DNA of 64,000 nt from Cycas panzhihuaensis (lineage: Eukaryota; Plantae; Cycadophyta): contig CM041465.1 of assembly GCA_023213395.1 (NCBI GenBank), positions 70,749,741 to 70,813,740 of the forward strand, written 5' to 3'. Below the pieces are notes generated by a model. It saw only the letters and a program-made list of their open reading frames with translations, was not told the DNA's origin and ran no database searches. This document shows positions 12,226 through 27,200 of the stretch, piece by piece; within the stretch, counting starts at the first letter, position 1, and each line of letters starts with the position of its first letter. A program made the position numbers and the translations under genes.

Positions 12226-15200
12226 TGGTGTTGAATGATCTCTAATACACCTACGTCTACCCTCCATCCAACGACTCTCCTTATGGCGCCCTATGATCTC
12301 CATCTTAACAGTATATCATCCACGAAACCCATCGTTGAGCGAGTGTTTCTTGATCTGGCCCACATCCTCATCTTCATCATTCGTATTCGATCCAAACCTC
12401 CTCGAATATTTACCCAAGGTTTTATTAACCTGATCTTCATAGGTTTACGAGCCTATGCAATCTAGGCCCAAAGAAAGATCCATAATACACAAAGAGAAGA
12501 CCCAGAAAAAGGATTGTAACAAATATGGACATCAGTCTTTTCCTCCTCTAAATTACTTCATTGCGACCCCTCATCTTGACTTGCTCTGACCACGAATACC
12601 GGATCTATGCGGATTGAAGTGAGGAAGCGGATTTGGGGTGAATGTTGTTATCTTAGGGTCCCTCTTGCAGTGATAGCCCTATAAGCACTAGAATATAGCA
12701 TTATGAGCGATGCAAAATAGGGTAAAACCAAACTAAAGTGAACCAAAGAAGCAGGTTGATAGCATAGAAGCATAACTACCCAACAATAACACCTTCTAAC
12801 TCATGTGCCCAAATTTGAACTCATTCTTGCCTCTATTTTTCGATCTGAGCACGGCCGCCTATGAGATAATGAAGGTTGCGGCGACGAACATGAGGAGAAC
12901 AGTGGTGTTTTTTATTCAAAACATAATTTTATTATATATAGATATATATCTTTTTATATATAAAGTTTTTAAAAATTAAACTTTATTATATATAAGTTGA
13001 ATTATGGGGTTTTTAAAGTGTTAGCCCCCTCAAGTTTAAGCCCCTAGTCATGTGACCTTTTTCATGTGAGCATAACTTATCATTAAAGGGGCCAATAACG
13101 TTTATAAACATTTTTCTCCTTTTTATTTTTTTTAATTTTTCATTTCACTTAGGGTACTGGGTAAACTTTTGTTGTAACTTCTCACTAGGTCATCAATTTC
13201 TGATAAAACCTTTTCCATTGCGTCCATAATTTTCTGTAGTATGATTTTGACTAGTCATATGACCTATTTGGAGATGATTTGACCAATTTTCAGTCAATTT
13301 AAAGTCAATTTGTGATTTTTAGAGCTTTTTTAAACATTTTTACAAAATCACCTTTTTAATAGATTATATTTTATCATCAGGTGATTATTTTCTACCTAGA
13401 TCTATTCTGTAGTCATATATTGTCAACAAACTTCATTACCATCTATTTATTTTATTTTTTAGGATTTATTTTAATCATTATTTTAATCGACCAAAGTGAC
13501 ACCTTAGTGTTTTTTAACACTTTTTAAACATTTTTACCACAAAAGTACTTGTTGTCATTTTCATTATAACTTTTCTGTTTTACATCAGAATTTAGATCCT
13601 TTAGTTTCGTTGGGAAGCTGACTCACTCCTATTCAAACTAACACTATTTTTTATAAGTTTTGAAGTGTTTTTGCTAATTTTCAAAGCTATCAAAGTTGAG
13701 GTACTTAATAGCCTACAATTTATCATTTTTACATCTTTTTATATTATTTTTCAAGTTTTTCTTACTGAAAAATATATGAAGTAGCTCTTTAAACCATATT
13801 TAACCATTTTAAATCATTCTACAAGTTTTTACTAGCATTTTTATAATATTTTGAGCCCTAGGCTCCTATTAAAGCTAAAAAAATGACTATATCTTTGATT
13901 CATTAAAATATTGACTTGTAGGAACCCGTTTTTAAAACGGTTAGTTCTATTGAATAGTTCTTTCGTTGATCTTCATACTGGTATAGTTTCACTTTATTAT
14001 GACTTCATTTAGTATAACTTTGAAGCTACTAAACTTGAGCATTCAAGTATATCCTAACATAAATTAATCATCAAGCAAGTGATAAGCTAATTAGACCTAT
14101 AAATTATTTTAAATTTTATCTAAAATTATATCTTATAAGTTTGTCATATTTATTCATTTATTAAATTCTTTGACTTGGTAAACCATATTCTTTTTTATGT
14201 GCTAAAGCTTTTAGTAAAATGGTAATCAATCTTAATAAAGTATAATTTCCTATTTTTGATGGCCATAATTTTTCACTATGGCATAAGACTATGAAAAATT
14301 ATTTTATTACATATGATCTTTAGAAATATTTACAAGATGTATATGATGTTAGTATTAGAGACAACATTAAAAAGGATAATGAAGCCCTAGCTTTATTATT
14401 TTGCACTATAGATGATAATGTCTTTTCTAGAGTTTGTAAACTAATAACTTCTAAGTCTGTGTGGGACATATTAATTTCTACTTATGGGGAAGATACCCTC
14501 AATAAATTTAACATTGATGTTGAGCATGTGAGACAGGTGCCAGAATAGGTGGATTATAATGACAAGACCAAGGAAGATTCAAGTCAAATGCATGATCATC
14601 TTATAGTATAAGAACCTGATCCTCCATTTGAGAGGGAGAGATATAATAATATAACAGTTGCATATAACACAAAGTTTTCAGAAGACAAAGTTCAAGTTTA
14701 AAGTTTTCTTAAAGTTCCAATTGACAAAGTCAAAGTTATAGCCACATATCCACATGTGAATCAAGCTACACTTACAGATTTTTTTGCACCACTCAATGGT
14801 GAAGATACATACATTACAAAAAGGATGAAGCAAGTTAATATAGATCAAACTATAAAGCATATCTTCAAAGTTTTTTTCAAGTACAAATTCCATAAGTTTA
14901 AAGAGAAGACAAGTTATTCGTGATGACCATTAAGGGGGAGAATGTTAGGGTTAATGCTCATCACGCCACTCCCACCTTCAACCAGAGTGCACACCTTACA
15001 TTCATCAATTTACACATATAGGTACTCACATGTGTTGGTAAGTATCTGATAAGTTTAAGTTGATTTGATTTAAGTTGAGTTAAGTTTATTTAAGTTAAGT
15101 TATTATTTTATTGTTATTTAAATTTTAGGGATTGAGGTTTCCTCCTCCCCAAACTATATATTTTGAGGGTGTGCAACCTTAGTGTCTTTAGAACCTTTGC

Positions 15201-18200
15201 TTTCATTTTAGACATTTGTAATACTCTCTCTACAAAAATGGATTGAATACAATGGATCTTGTGTTTATGTAATAATGATGTATTGATTTATAATTATCTC
15301 TTTTATGTTCTACCCTGTTCTCCTTCCATTATTTTTCCTACAACAGGTACGTAGCAGTGAGTGTTGAGGTACCTTAAGATGACCAACAAATATGGTCTAT
15401 TATATGAACCTAATTTAGCGTTCAAACTATATGCATACATAAACCCAGACTTTTCCAGAGATAAAGACATAGGGAGATCCACATCCAAGTAAGTAATATT
15501 TCTTAAAACAACACTAATATCATGGAGATCTAGACAACAGAAGATAGTTGTTGATTCAACCACCAAAGTTGAATACATCGTTACTTTTGAGACTAGCAAG
15601 AAGGGAATATGGCTTAGAAAATTATTGGAGATATTGAATATCACCCAAACAAGTCCCACTAGCCGTGTAGATAATTAATAAGTAATCTATATAGCAAAAA
15701 TCTTATATTTCATGATTGCGTTAAATACATAAGTCTGAAATCCTATAGGATTCGAGAACTAGTTCATGACGACATAATTTAACTAGAGTACTACCCCTCA
15801 ACAAATCAAGATGCCAATATCTTCACCAAACCACTACAAAGGGTGAAGCTTAAATAGTATCGTAGGTATCTTAATCTTCAGGCCTCTATCTATGACTAAT
15901 TGGGGGAGATGACAACAGGATCATCATACTCTATTCCATTCCTGAAAACCCCTTGTGGGCATGAAAGAATAAGAGTAAGTATCTATTCTATCATATTTAT
16001 GAAAACCCCTTGTGGGCACACAAGGATAAGGGTTATACTAGTCTTAGAAAATTGGAACCTATGAAAACTTGAAAGGGCATGGGGAATGACCAAATGGTAT
16101 ATGGAGACTCAACAGATCAAGCTGCATATTTAAGTTGCTTGGCCATTAGTCTATATCAAGAGTCACCTTAGCCATTTTGATTTAAAGGGCTATAGATCTT
16201 AGAAAGTTTATGGATTTTTATTCCCCATGAAGGTTTTCTCATAAAAGTATTAATGTAATAATGAAGCTCAAATAAAGACCTCAAAGAATAGATTCTATCA
16301 TAATGGCCTTTTATCATTAAGGAGGGGATTGATGGTTGTTAATATATCAAGGTTATTAGATTAATTATATGAAGGTGACTTTAGGTTAGGTAAGTCACAT
16401 AGTTAAATATAATTTCATTTACATTTAAGTGTAATTTCAAGATCATGTCATTAGGTAGAAAACTCCTTTAGAAACCCTAATGTATATCCTATATTATATA
16501 AGGTTGAATATAAAAGGGAGAGTCATAATTCTAACCTCTTATTTTTGCTCTCAATCTTGTTCTCTTTATTTTACTCTTATTATATACCATTGTTTTAGTG
16601 TAGTAGAGTGTAGCAACTAGATCCTTCACTCAACAATCTCACTACATATTAATATTAGTTAGTAATATATTCCAACATCCCCTCTTAATATGAATGTAGG
16701 GTATTAAGATTTATCCTTGGTAATAGATCCCTTCTCAAGGATAACCTTACCTAATATGCACGAATGTTAATGTAGTGATCTTTAGTTAGAGCTTGGTGAG
16801 CATATTCACCAGTTGATCTCCACTTACACAAACTTCAACCTACATCTTCCTTGATTTGATCTACTCTTGGATGTAATGGTGCTATGCTCATATGTGCACA
16901 ATTCTTTAGATTATACTCTAATAGTCTCTGTAACTATATAAGTCTCTCTCTATGCCTAATACTTTATCCATGAAACTTAGTCATTTTCCTTTGACTAACC
17001 AAGAGGTTAAGCCAGTTAAGCCATGTGAATCTCTTCTTTAAGCCTCCATTAAGGAATACTAACATGATATGATGTGACTTCCAACTATATAAGCTATAAA
17101 GTAAGGCTCAAATGGACCAAAAGCAACATAAAGAGAGGTGCAAATATCTCCTTATATTTGAATCCTTCTTTCAATTAGAAATCTCTTGCGACAAGTCTTG
17201 CCAACTTGTAAACTAACCATGTTATTTTCTTGGAGATAAGAGGGCCAAATCCCACACAACACTCCTCTAATATAACTCTCTATTATAATTCTTCTCTTGT
17301 CGGAACGTTGGTGTCTATCACGAGCTTGACTAGCATGCTGTTCCTTCTTTTTCAATCATCCTGCAGGTTTCAAACCATTAATGGAATATGGGATTGTAAT
17401 CCATATCTCTTCAAAAAATAACTCCTCATGCAATTACTTAATCAAAGCTCAAAAAACTGAAGCAATAAAGGATAAAACCTATAATTAGATGACACTTAAT
17501 ATGATACATCATAAACTCTTCAAACTAGCATCTAGACTAATCATAATGCATTTTCCTACAGATCATAAAGACACTCCAAACTCTTGTAATCCTGCTATTG
17601 TGATCTTCATCTAAGATGTGTATACTTCATTTACTTCAAACAGTAAATAGAAGGCTTCTAACTTAGTCTAATATATAATATGATGGGAATATGCCATGAA
17701 TAGTACTAGAAGAGGCCTCATGCAACTATCTACTACAACTTCTACTATAAATCTATGGGAGGTAAACAATGACATGCACTAACACCTCACCATCTGCATC
17801 ATAATACTCACCTACAATGTAACCTTATAGAGTTTATAGGACAACTATTCTATACCATGATAAAGACATAGCGATTTTTAAAGCATCTCGTCATAGATCT
17901 TTCGATTCATACTTTAATTTTTTATCAAATAGTTTATCTTAGTTCTACATCAAGTTTGTTTAGATATGCACATTTGTTGAACCAATATCAAATAGAACAC
18001 AAAGCCACATGTTAACATCAATCCAAGCGGCAAAGTATAATGGTCTACCATCATTATACAAACAACAAATTCTAAACCTCTTGTCACCTCATACATATCT
18101 AATATAATAGAACTTGAATATACACAAATAAAACACACCTTTTTAATTAATAAATTACATATATATAAACTTGTGTAATGATCTATGTTGCAACAATAAT

Positions 18201-18611
18201 AACGCACTTTACTTTATGTTGTAACTAAGGTATCTCAATCAACTCGGCCTTCTTCACCCTATCTTGCCTAATCTCGACTTAGTTCAGTTAATTGGTGATA
18301 CTTCACTACTTTGACCTCTTCTTTCTCACCCTCAAACCTCTCATATATAAATCACATGCAAAGAGTTAACATGTTGTCTCATTTCATCTATTCTCACCCA
18401 ACTTATTCTCTCATGTAATTGCATGCTAGAGAGCCTTACGTTGCTTACTCTTGCCTATAAGCTCTTATATGTAACCACATACAAAGAGCCTAACATCACC
18501 CATTTTTCCCATGAACACTCTCTTGTTAATATAAGTAATAAGTGCATAATTGCCTCATCGCCAATGAATCACAAAGCTTTGTCTCATCATAACATCTCCT
18601 TATATATGTCT

Positions 18612-19083
18612 TGTTAAGAAGACCTAGATCTAAATTACCAAATATACAACCAAGATCTATTCTATTTTGTAACAAGAATAAGATTCAAAATTATAATAAA
18701 ATGCAAGTACATAGACCAGAGATCATTCAACACATACACAAGAAAAGCATAAGCATTACCAAGTACACCATATTTAACATGGTAAAATACTAGCAGGGTG
18801 TTAGGGAAACATCTACACAAGAAAGACATCAAGATTTATTGATCAAGAATGGAAATCTATATGTGTAGTCACCATAGAGTTCTCACAGCAATAATAACAC
18901 AACTAAATTACCCAATTTAGGTTGCATGAAAAGTATCATAAGAAGGTAAAAATCTCAATTATTAGATCTAGGTCCTTTTTAATGAACAACCTTGGTCCCC
19001 CTAAGGAAAGTTAGTGGGGAAAACTACACTAAAAACAAGTCAAAATTTTAGCCTCCTTATACATTGTTGTCATATACCCAACA
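18612..19083 (-). mobile_element. Solo LTR related to the LTR of F
   Basis: Minus strand TGTTGGG...TTAACA. Similar to 2700-3123. Flanks TGTCT/CATCT are both derivable from CGTCT. Confidence 0.7.
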
Positions 19084-19577
19084 CATCTTACTATGCAAAT
19101 CACCAAAAATATACTAACTTAAAGAATCCCTTATTGAATACTGAGGAACATATAAAGGATGACACTTGCATACTCTGCCACTGAAATGATCCATCACTTA
19201 AACATTTTAAGGCCAATAAGTAGACTTGTCATCTTTACTCATAGTCCCTTACATCAACCATAAGGTAATTCTTAAAACATTAATAAAAAATGTGAAATAC
19301 CATAAAGAGATGATTTCATATAAGAAAACAACATATTATGAAAAAAATGGTGATCAAACCTTAGTGAAAAGGTGTCTCATAATTATTAAAGGAAACTTGA
19401 TAAATAAAAGTCAATGGATAAAATCAATTGTAGCTAAATATATGTTGGTGACTTGGTATCAAATAATATTGACAAAAATAATAATATATCAATGTAAATA
19501 ATTTCAATTAATATCTGATTGTAATGAAATAAACTATCAATAATTGCAAACCTTGGAAATATTAATTAAAACCAATA

Positions 19578-21052
<1,475 letters not shown>

Positions 21053-23286
21053 GGTTGTAATATGTAAAATGGGAATGTAAATATATTACAACCATCCATA
21101 TATATATATATTACAAATGACATTCAAAAATATCAACGACAAAAATGGTAAAACTGTGATTAAATATTACACAGGCATTTGTAGCGACATATATAAAAAA
21201 GGGAGGCATTATATATGAGATCAAAGTGACTGCAATATTTCTTAACATGGGTGACATTAAACACAATATATATATGTGGGCGATGAACAAATTTAGTTGG
21301 TTGTAATCTGTTAATAGCCATCAATTATATATGCATATGATCAAATATTATATTAAATGTGATTGAATGAATATACTGAGGTGACTATATTAAAGCTTCA
21401 TGGCTAAAATATTTCAAGCAAGTGACTAATATTAACCAACACATCATTACAGGTGACTAAAACATACACACATGCTAAATACAACATGTAGACATAAATA
21501 CTTCATCATCGACGAATAATACTTTAAAACATATGAACATACCTTATATTTATTGGTAATATTAAATACTATGGGTATTGAAATTACTCATTAGGGCTCT
21601 GCACTCTCCAATTGGTTATTACATGTTAATAGAGGGCTAACAAACATCCACAACTAGGTGCATGACATCTCTTCTCATATGGGTGACCTTAAATACCTCT
21701 AAAATTAATCAACAAACTTTAAAATCACCTTTGAGGATTTTCAAACTTAGTGGCATCTTAAATAAGTGGATTTGGCACCTTCAATGGGCTCCAATAGGAT
21801 CCTATAGCTAGAAATAGAGTAATTGGGCCTATAGATTGAAAAATAAGGGCTCCAACACTTGTAAAACACCTTCTACTCATTTTCACACCTCTATAGGGCT
21901 TTGAAATCTTACAAAATAGAAAATAAGGGCCTATAGAATCCACCAACAATCATCTGCACCTCCATGGAAGTTCTATAAGGTCATCGAACATGCCAATCCT
22001 CATAGGGCAAGACAACATGACCTAACACTGATGATTGAATAATCCAAATAATGATTTTCTACCTGTGCATGACTTGTATCTTTGATACCATGTTAGGAAA
22101 CACATAAATATAAGCAAGTCAATGAAGTCTTTCACACAAAGTAGATCTCAATAGAATGCAAGCATATGGGACATCATAATTAACATGGAAAACCCTCTCG
22201 GGTAAAAACCCACCAAAATGATATTATTTCACATTTTTAACAAATCTAGTATTATACATAATTTGGACTTTGATCTATATTTATAAATCTCAAGTGTCCT
22301 GAATAATTAGGATTATATCTATTGGCTCATCATAATATTATATCAAGAATATTCCACATATTATCTCACCACATATTAACATTAGTCGATAATATATTCC
22401 AACAGAAATAAGAGCTAGTTCATAAAAGCTGACATCTCATTTACCTTTATTTTTGTATATTTTGCTTAATTTTGGTATATCTGACACTTCGATAGGGTGT
22501 ATTTGTTGTCCTCCTCTATTGTGTGATCAGTTATAAGTAGTCCTCAGTCCTATTGTAGTCGTTTTAAGAAAAAATAATACATTGTCTATAATTTTCATTT
22601 CTATTTTAGGCTTCATTCTTCAAGTTTCAATAGCCATCTATTTTATTTTCACCTATTTGGCTCTGTTTGTACCTGCCATCACCTTTTGTGAGCTCCTCTC
22701 AACTATATAGTCTCCTTATTAGCCTTGAGACATCACTTCTCTAACCACTAGGTGGATTCAAACCCTCCATTCGCCATATAGATACCTACCATTCCTGTTG
22801 AATCCTTGGAGCTTGGGTGACCTTGAATGACTATTGTCAGTCCTGCATCACTTAAATTTGGCTATGATTCACTTGTGGGGCTCTCTAATCTCATCTTAAA
22901 ATCATATCATTGCAATGTAACTTGATTTAATCAAGTTTTTGAAGCTTGCATTATCAACGCTTGTCAAAAAAATTCATGTAGTTAAATAATCTTATTTTAT
23001 TTTATACCTTTTTTTACAAAGTTTAAGTTTAATTTAATTATATTTAAACTTTTATTCAAATCCATTGAAGGTCCTTTATATCTTATTGGAGGTCTTATAT
23101 TAACCCCTCATGACTAGGGGCTTTAGATACAAAGGGGCTGACTTCAAATGACATTAAGCTATTTTTAATACTTTTTATTTAATAAAAAATTATATTCCAT
23201 ATTTCATAGTTCTTTCAAGTTCTCTATCCTCTCAATAGTCGGGTATATGGTTATATGCAAACTTTTTTAGAGCAAGGGATAATCTT

Positions 23287-24270
23287 TGAAAGGGGATTAA
23301 GCCCAAACTATTCTTGTTCACTTTGCATAAGGAATACCTTGCACTATTTTTGCCACAATGTTTCAACAAGAGGTCTGTATTATGCATTGTTTGAACTGTT
23401 GGATTCTTGGTTTAGAGGTCTATAGGTTAGAGATAGTTTTAGTTATTTTTAAATAGTTCTTCAATGGTTTTTAAGTAGATAAAGTAGACTCATTTATTTA
23501 GGCTATAATAAGTCTTTTTTTATAAATTGAAGGATTGTTTTTCATTTTGTAAAGGATCTATTTACTAAATACTAGTTATTTACATCTTATTTGCTATCCT
23601 ATATAGTTTTTGGATGACATTTACTTGTGCATTATGATTGTAGGTGAATTTCTTGTGTGAAGTAGGTTGATCTTTACTTGGCAGTAAAATCCACGAAAGA
23701 TCACCCTAAACCCTTCTATTTCTTTTAATTTATTGCTTTTCTTTTGGTCTTCTTACTTTTATTTCATAAAAAGAACCCTCTTTTTAAGCAAGAACACATT
23801 TTAAAATCTATTTCAACTTGAAAGATAAAAAAGATAACTCTTAATCTATAATTCAACTTTACTAGCCTTGCAAGAGGAATGGTTAGGACCCCTAAAGTTA
23901 CCACTCTATAGATATTAGTAGTTCTTCTTAAATTCTACAGTTATTAGAGAAGACCACTAGCTATAAGGTGTATTAAGTAGTAGGTTGAGGTGTAAAACCC
24001 TACCTTAGAGTTTAGAGACTAGATTAGACCTAGAGAGGATGAGTGCCTTAGTTTATATCTTTTAGCTAGACCTGTCACTAGGTATAAGACTGACACAGGT
24101 AGATTAACAAGTCAAAGGAGTCTTTGACCTTCTTAGCAGCCCATGTATTAAGGTATATAGAGCCTAAAGGTCATGTACTAGTATATAAGGTCCCTAATTT
24201 ACCACTTGTGGGTAGGCACCACTAGACAAAATAACAACTAAGGGCTTCTTAGAGACCCTTTAACGCAACA
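23287..24270 (+). mobile_element. Putative gypsy-type solo LTR in the leader of B
   Basis: TGAAAGGGG...GCAACA termini and an internal TATAAA at 23521. TSD ambiguous and boundaries uncertain. Confidence 0.35.
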
Positions 24271-27200
24271 TTTTAGTTTAGAAATTCCCCTAGGTAGATA
24301 TGATACTAAAAGACACACTTAAATGGTAGCTCAAATACTTATGTCTAATGTAATTAAACTTAGTGGAATAAATGATTTTTTTAATTTGGAAAAAATAAGT
24401 TAAAAATATCCTTATAATGAATGATTATTGGGCCTATATCAATGGGGACATAGTCCCATCCAAAACCACATAAGACCTAAACAACTCTAACTAAGGCATA
24501 CCACCAGATCTAGTTGCCTTAGTAGCTTTTAAAGCTAAGGATAACATTGCCCTCTTATTTCTCCACTTGGCTGTAGAAGACCAAGTAGATCAAAACATAG
24601 AAATTACTAAAACCTCTCATGAAGCTTAGAGTATTATATGCTCCATTTATAAGAGAAACGATGACTTTAGGTCTCTCATTTTAAAGGCTTACCTCTTTGG
24701 TATACTCTTTGTTGGAACCATAACAACCCACTTAATTGAAATTAAAATATTAGGAAAATAACTTATTATCCTTAATGAACCCCTTCTAACCATGATTAGG
24801 TGTTAAGTGTCATTAATATCCTTTCTATAGAATATAATAGCTTTGTATCTAAACTTTATGATGCCTTTCCTAAAATAGAATTTAATACTTTAGAAGGACT
24901 CTTGCTGGGGAGGACAATATACTCAATCACTAAGGAGTGGCATCCATTTTTTACTCTGCCCCTGCATTTACAATTAAGATTTCAAAAAGGAACAAGCCAC
25001 CCTAACAACTAAGTAAGCGATCAACTTATTAGTAAATCCTTACTTATCAGTTTAACTCTTCAAATATCTCTTAATAACCATGTTAGTAGCCAACTTATCA
25101 ACAACCTCGTACTCAATAGTTTGACACTATATATCAATAGCCCCAACAACTATAATACCCATAACAACAACAACAATCTCAACCTTCAAGAAACCAACAA
25201 CATAGATAAAATGTCACCTACATGTACTGTGGTAAAAATGGGCACCTAGCAGTTGATTGTAGAAGAAGATAAGCTAACATATAACTACTTTAGAACCATA
25301 GTAGGTAATAAGGAGGCCCAAACTTTTAACAAAGCTAGAACTAGAGGCAGAACTAGAACTAGTGCCAAGTAAACAAACAAAGGTACCAAGAAAGAAACCT
25401 AAGGAATAATTAGAATTCACTACAAGAAGGCAATATGGATGATACTCAATCTACCTCTTAAAATTTATTCTTTATTACCTTATCATCTCAACATCTTGAT
25501 AATTCTTAATTGATCAATTCTAGTGCTATACATCATATGATTAGTACCAAAGACTTATTTAAGGAGACATAACTAATAAGGGCCTAAACTATAATATTTG
25601 GAGATAATATTATATATGATGTGACTAAGATTAGACGAGTCCCTATTATACTAAAGGATTAAAACATCTGCCAATATATCAATAATATATTCCATGTACC
25701 TAATATGAAAATGAATCTATTATAAATTAGTCAAATTAATAAACAGAACGTAAATATTCTCTTTACCTAAAGTATCTGCATAATTACAAATCATGCCATA
25801 GGTCAATTGGTTGTCACATGACATAAGGATAATGGATTATACAAACTTGATAGAGTTCCCCTCACTATTACTCCACCACAAGAGTACTATTCCATAATAT
25901 AAAATAATCACGTTGACAAGGGGAAAGCAATCATAGTTGAAGACCTACCTCTTAACTAAGTTTAACGTGAATTCTCATATTCTAAAGAGAAATCCACCTC
26001 TAATAGTACTAAGGACTAACTATGGCGCGATGCCTTGGTCACCTAAATAGATAGAGTTTAAACCTCATGTATAAGCTACATGTGATGCATAGATTACCAA
26101 AGCTTAGGAGAAATAGATGTATTTATGAGGCTTGCTTAGTTGGCAAGCAACATAGAGAATGATTCCCATAAAAAATAGTATGGCAAGCCTAATAACCATT
26201 GGGATTAGTCCACTTAGATATTTGTAGGCCCATATCAGTTCTTTCACTCAATGTGAATCTATTTTCATGACCTTTATTGATGACTATTCTAGAAAAGTAT
26301 GGGTCTACTTTCTTAGGAATAAATTTTAAGACTTTATCAAGTTTAAAGTATTTAAGGATGAGGTGGAAAATGAAAGTGGTATGAACATCAAGGTGCTTAC
26401 ATTTAATAATGGAGGAGAGTACATATCTAATCAATTCACTAACTTTTATAAATAATATAGAATCAAACACTCAATTTTTGCCCCACATACATCTCAATAA
26501 AATGATGTAGTAGAAAGAATGAACCAAATATTGGTGAACAAGGTAAAAGCCATGTTGAGTATTACTAACCTTGCTACTTAGTTTTGGGTTAAAGCCATAT
26601 CAACTATTGCTTATCTGACTAACAAAAGTACCATAGTAGTAGATAGAGATATCATTCATAAGGAGGCTTGGTTAGGCCAAAAGCCTATAGTTTCTCACCT
26701 AAGGACATTTAGTTGTATAACCTACAAATTCATTCCTAAGGATAATAGAAAGAAACTAGATGATAAAAGCCTATAATGCATATTTATTAGCTATGCACCT
26801 AGATATAAAGCCTATAAAGTATATGAGATTATTAGAAACTAGGTATATACCACTAGAGATGTCATATTTGCTCAAAATACTCAAGACTTTGACCCTTCAC
26901 AAATTTAATTTGTAATATATAAAGATGTCAGTATACTTGAGGTGCCTCTTATACCAATTCTTGAGCCACCAACACCCACATCCTCTTATACAACAAGTTC
27001 ATCTTCAATTCTAGTAGCTTTAACATACACGTTAGATGCTACCACAGTAATGCCACTTATATCTCCTAATGATCTTTAGGTGGAGGTCACTAGCTTTTGA
27101 AAATCTCCTAAATGGTTATAACAATTGATAAAGGATGCAACTTCTCCTCCTATAACTTCCAAAAGAGAGTCTAAAATGAGACACTCCACCAACTTTTCTA

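Larger units (their letters stand above)
9708..15342 (+). mobile_element. Non-autonomous copia element E (TR-GAG-like: gag only, no pol)
   Basis: Paired LTRs 9708-10115 and 14943-15342. Degenerate PBS TTAGTATCCAAG. Gag N-terminus FPIFDGHNFSLWHKTMKNYF..DNEALALL..SKSVWDIL at 14219-14490. PPT AAGGGGGAGAA. Interrupts the RT/RNase H junction of D. Confidence 0.85.
7356..16635 (+). mobile_element. Copia element D, 5'-truncated (integrase-RT-RNase H, 3' LTR)
   Basis: Pre-integrase and integrase (LVYSDLCGP at ~7592). RT 8780-9700. RNase H 15343-15890 after element E. PPT AAGGAGGGGAT, then LTR 16330-16635 (TG...CA). Confidence 0.85.

Noticed and set aside
9701-15359. TSD for element E
   Set aside because: Immediate flanks AGCAG and ACAGG do not match. 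GTAGCAG recurs 8 bp further out, so no clean TSD is claimed.
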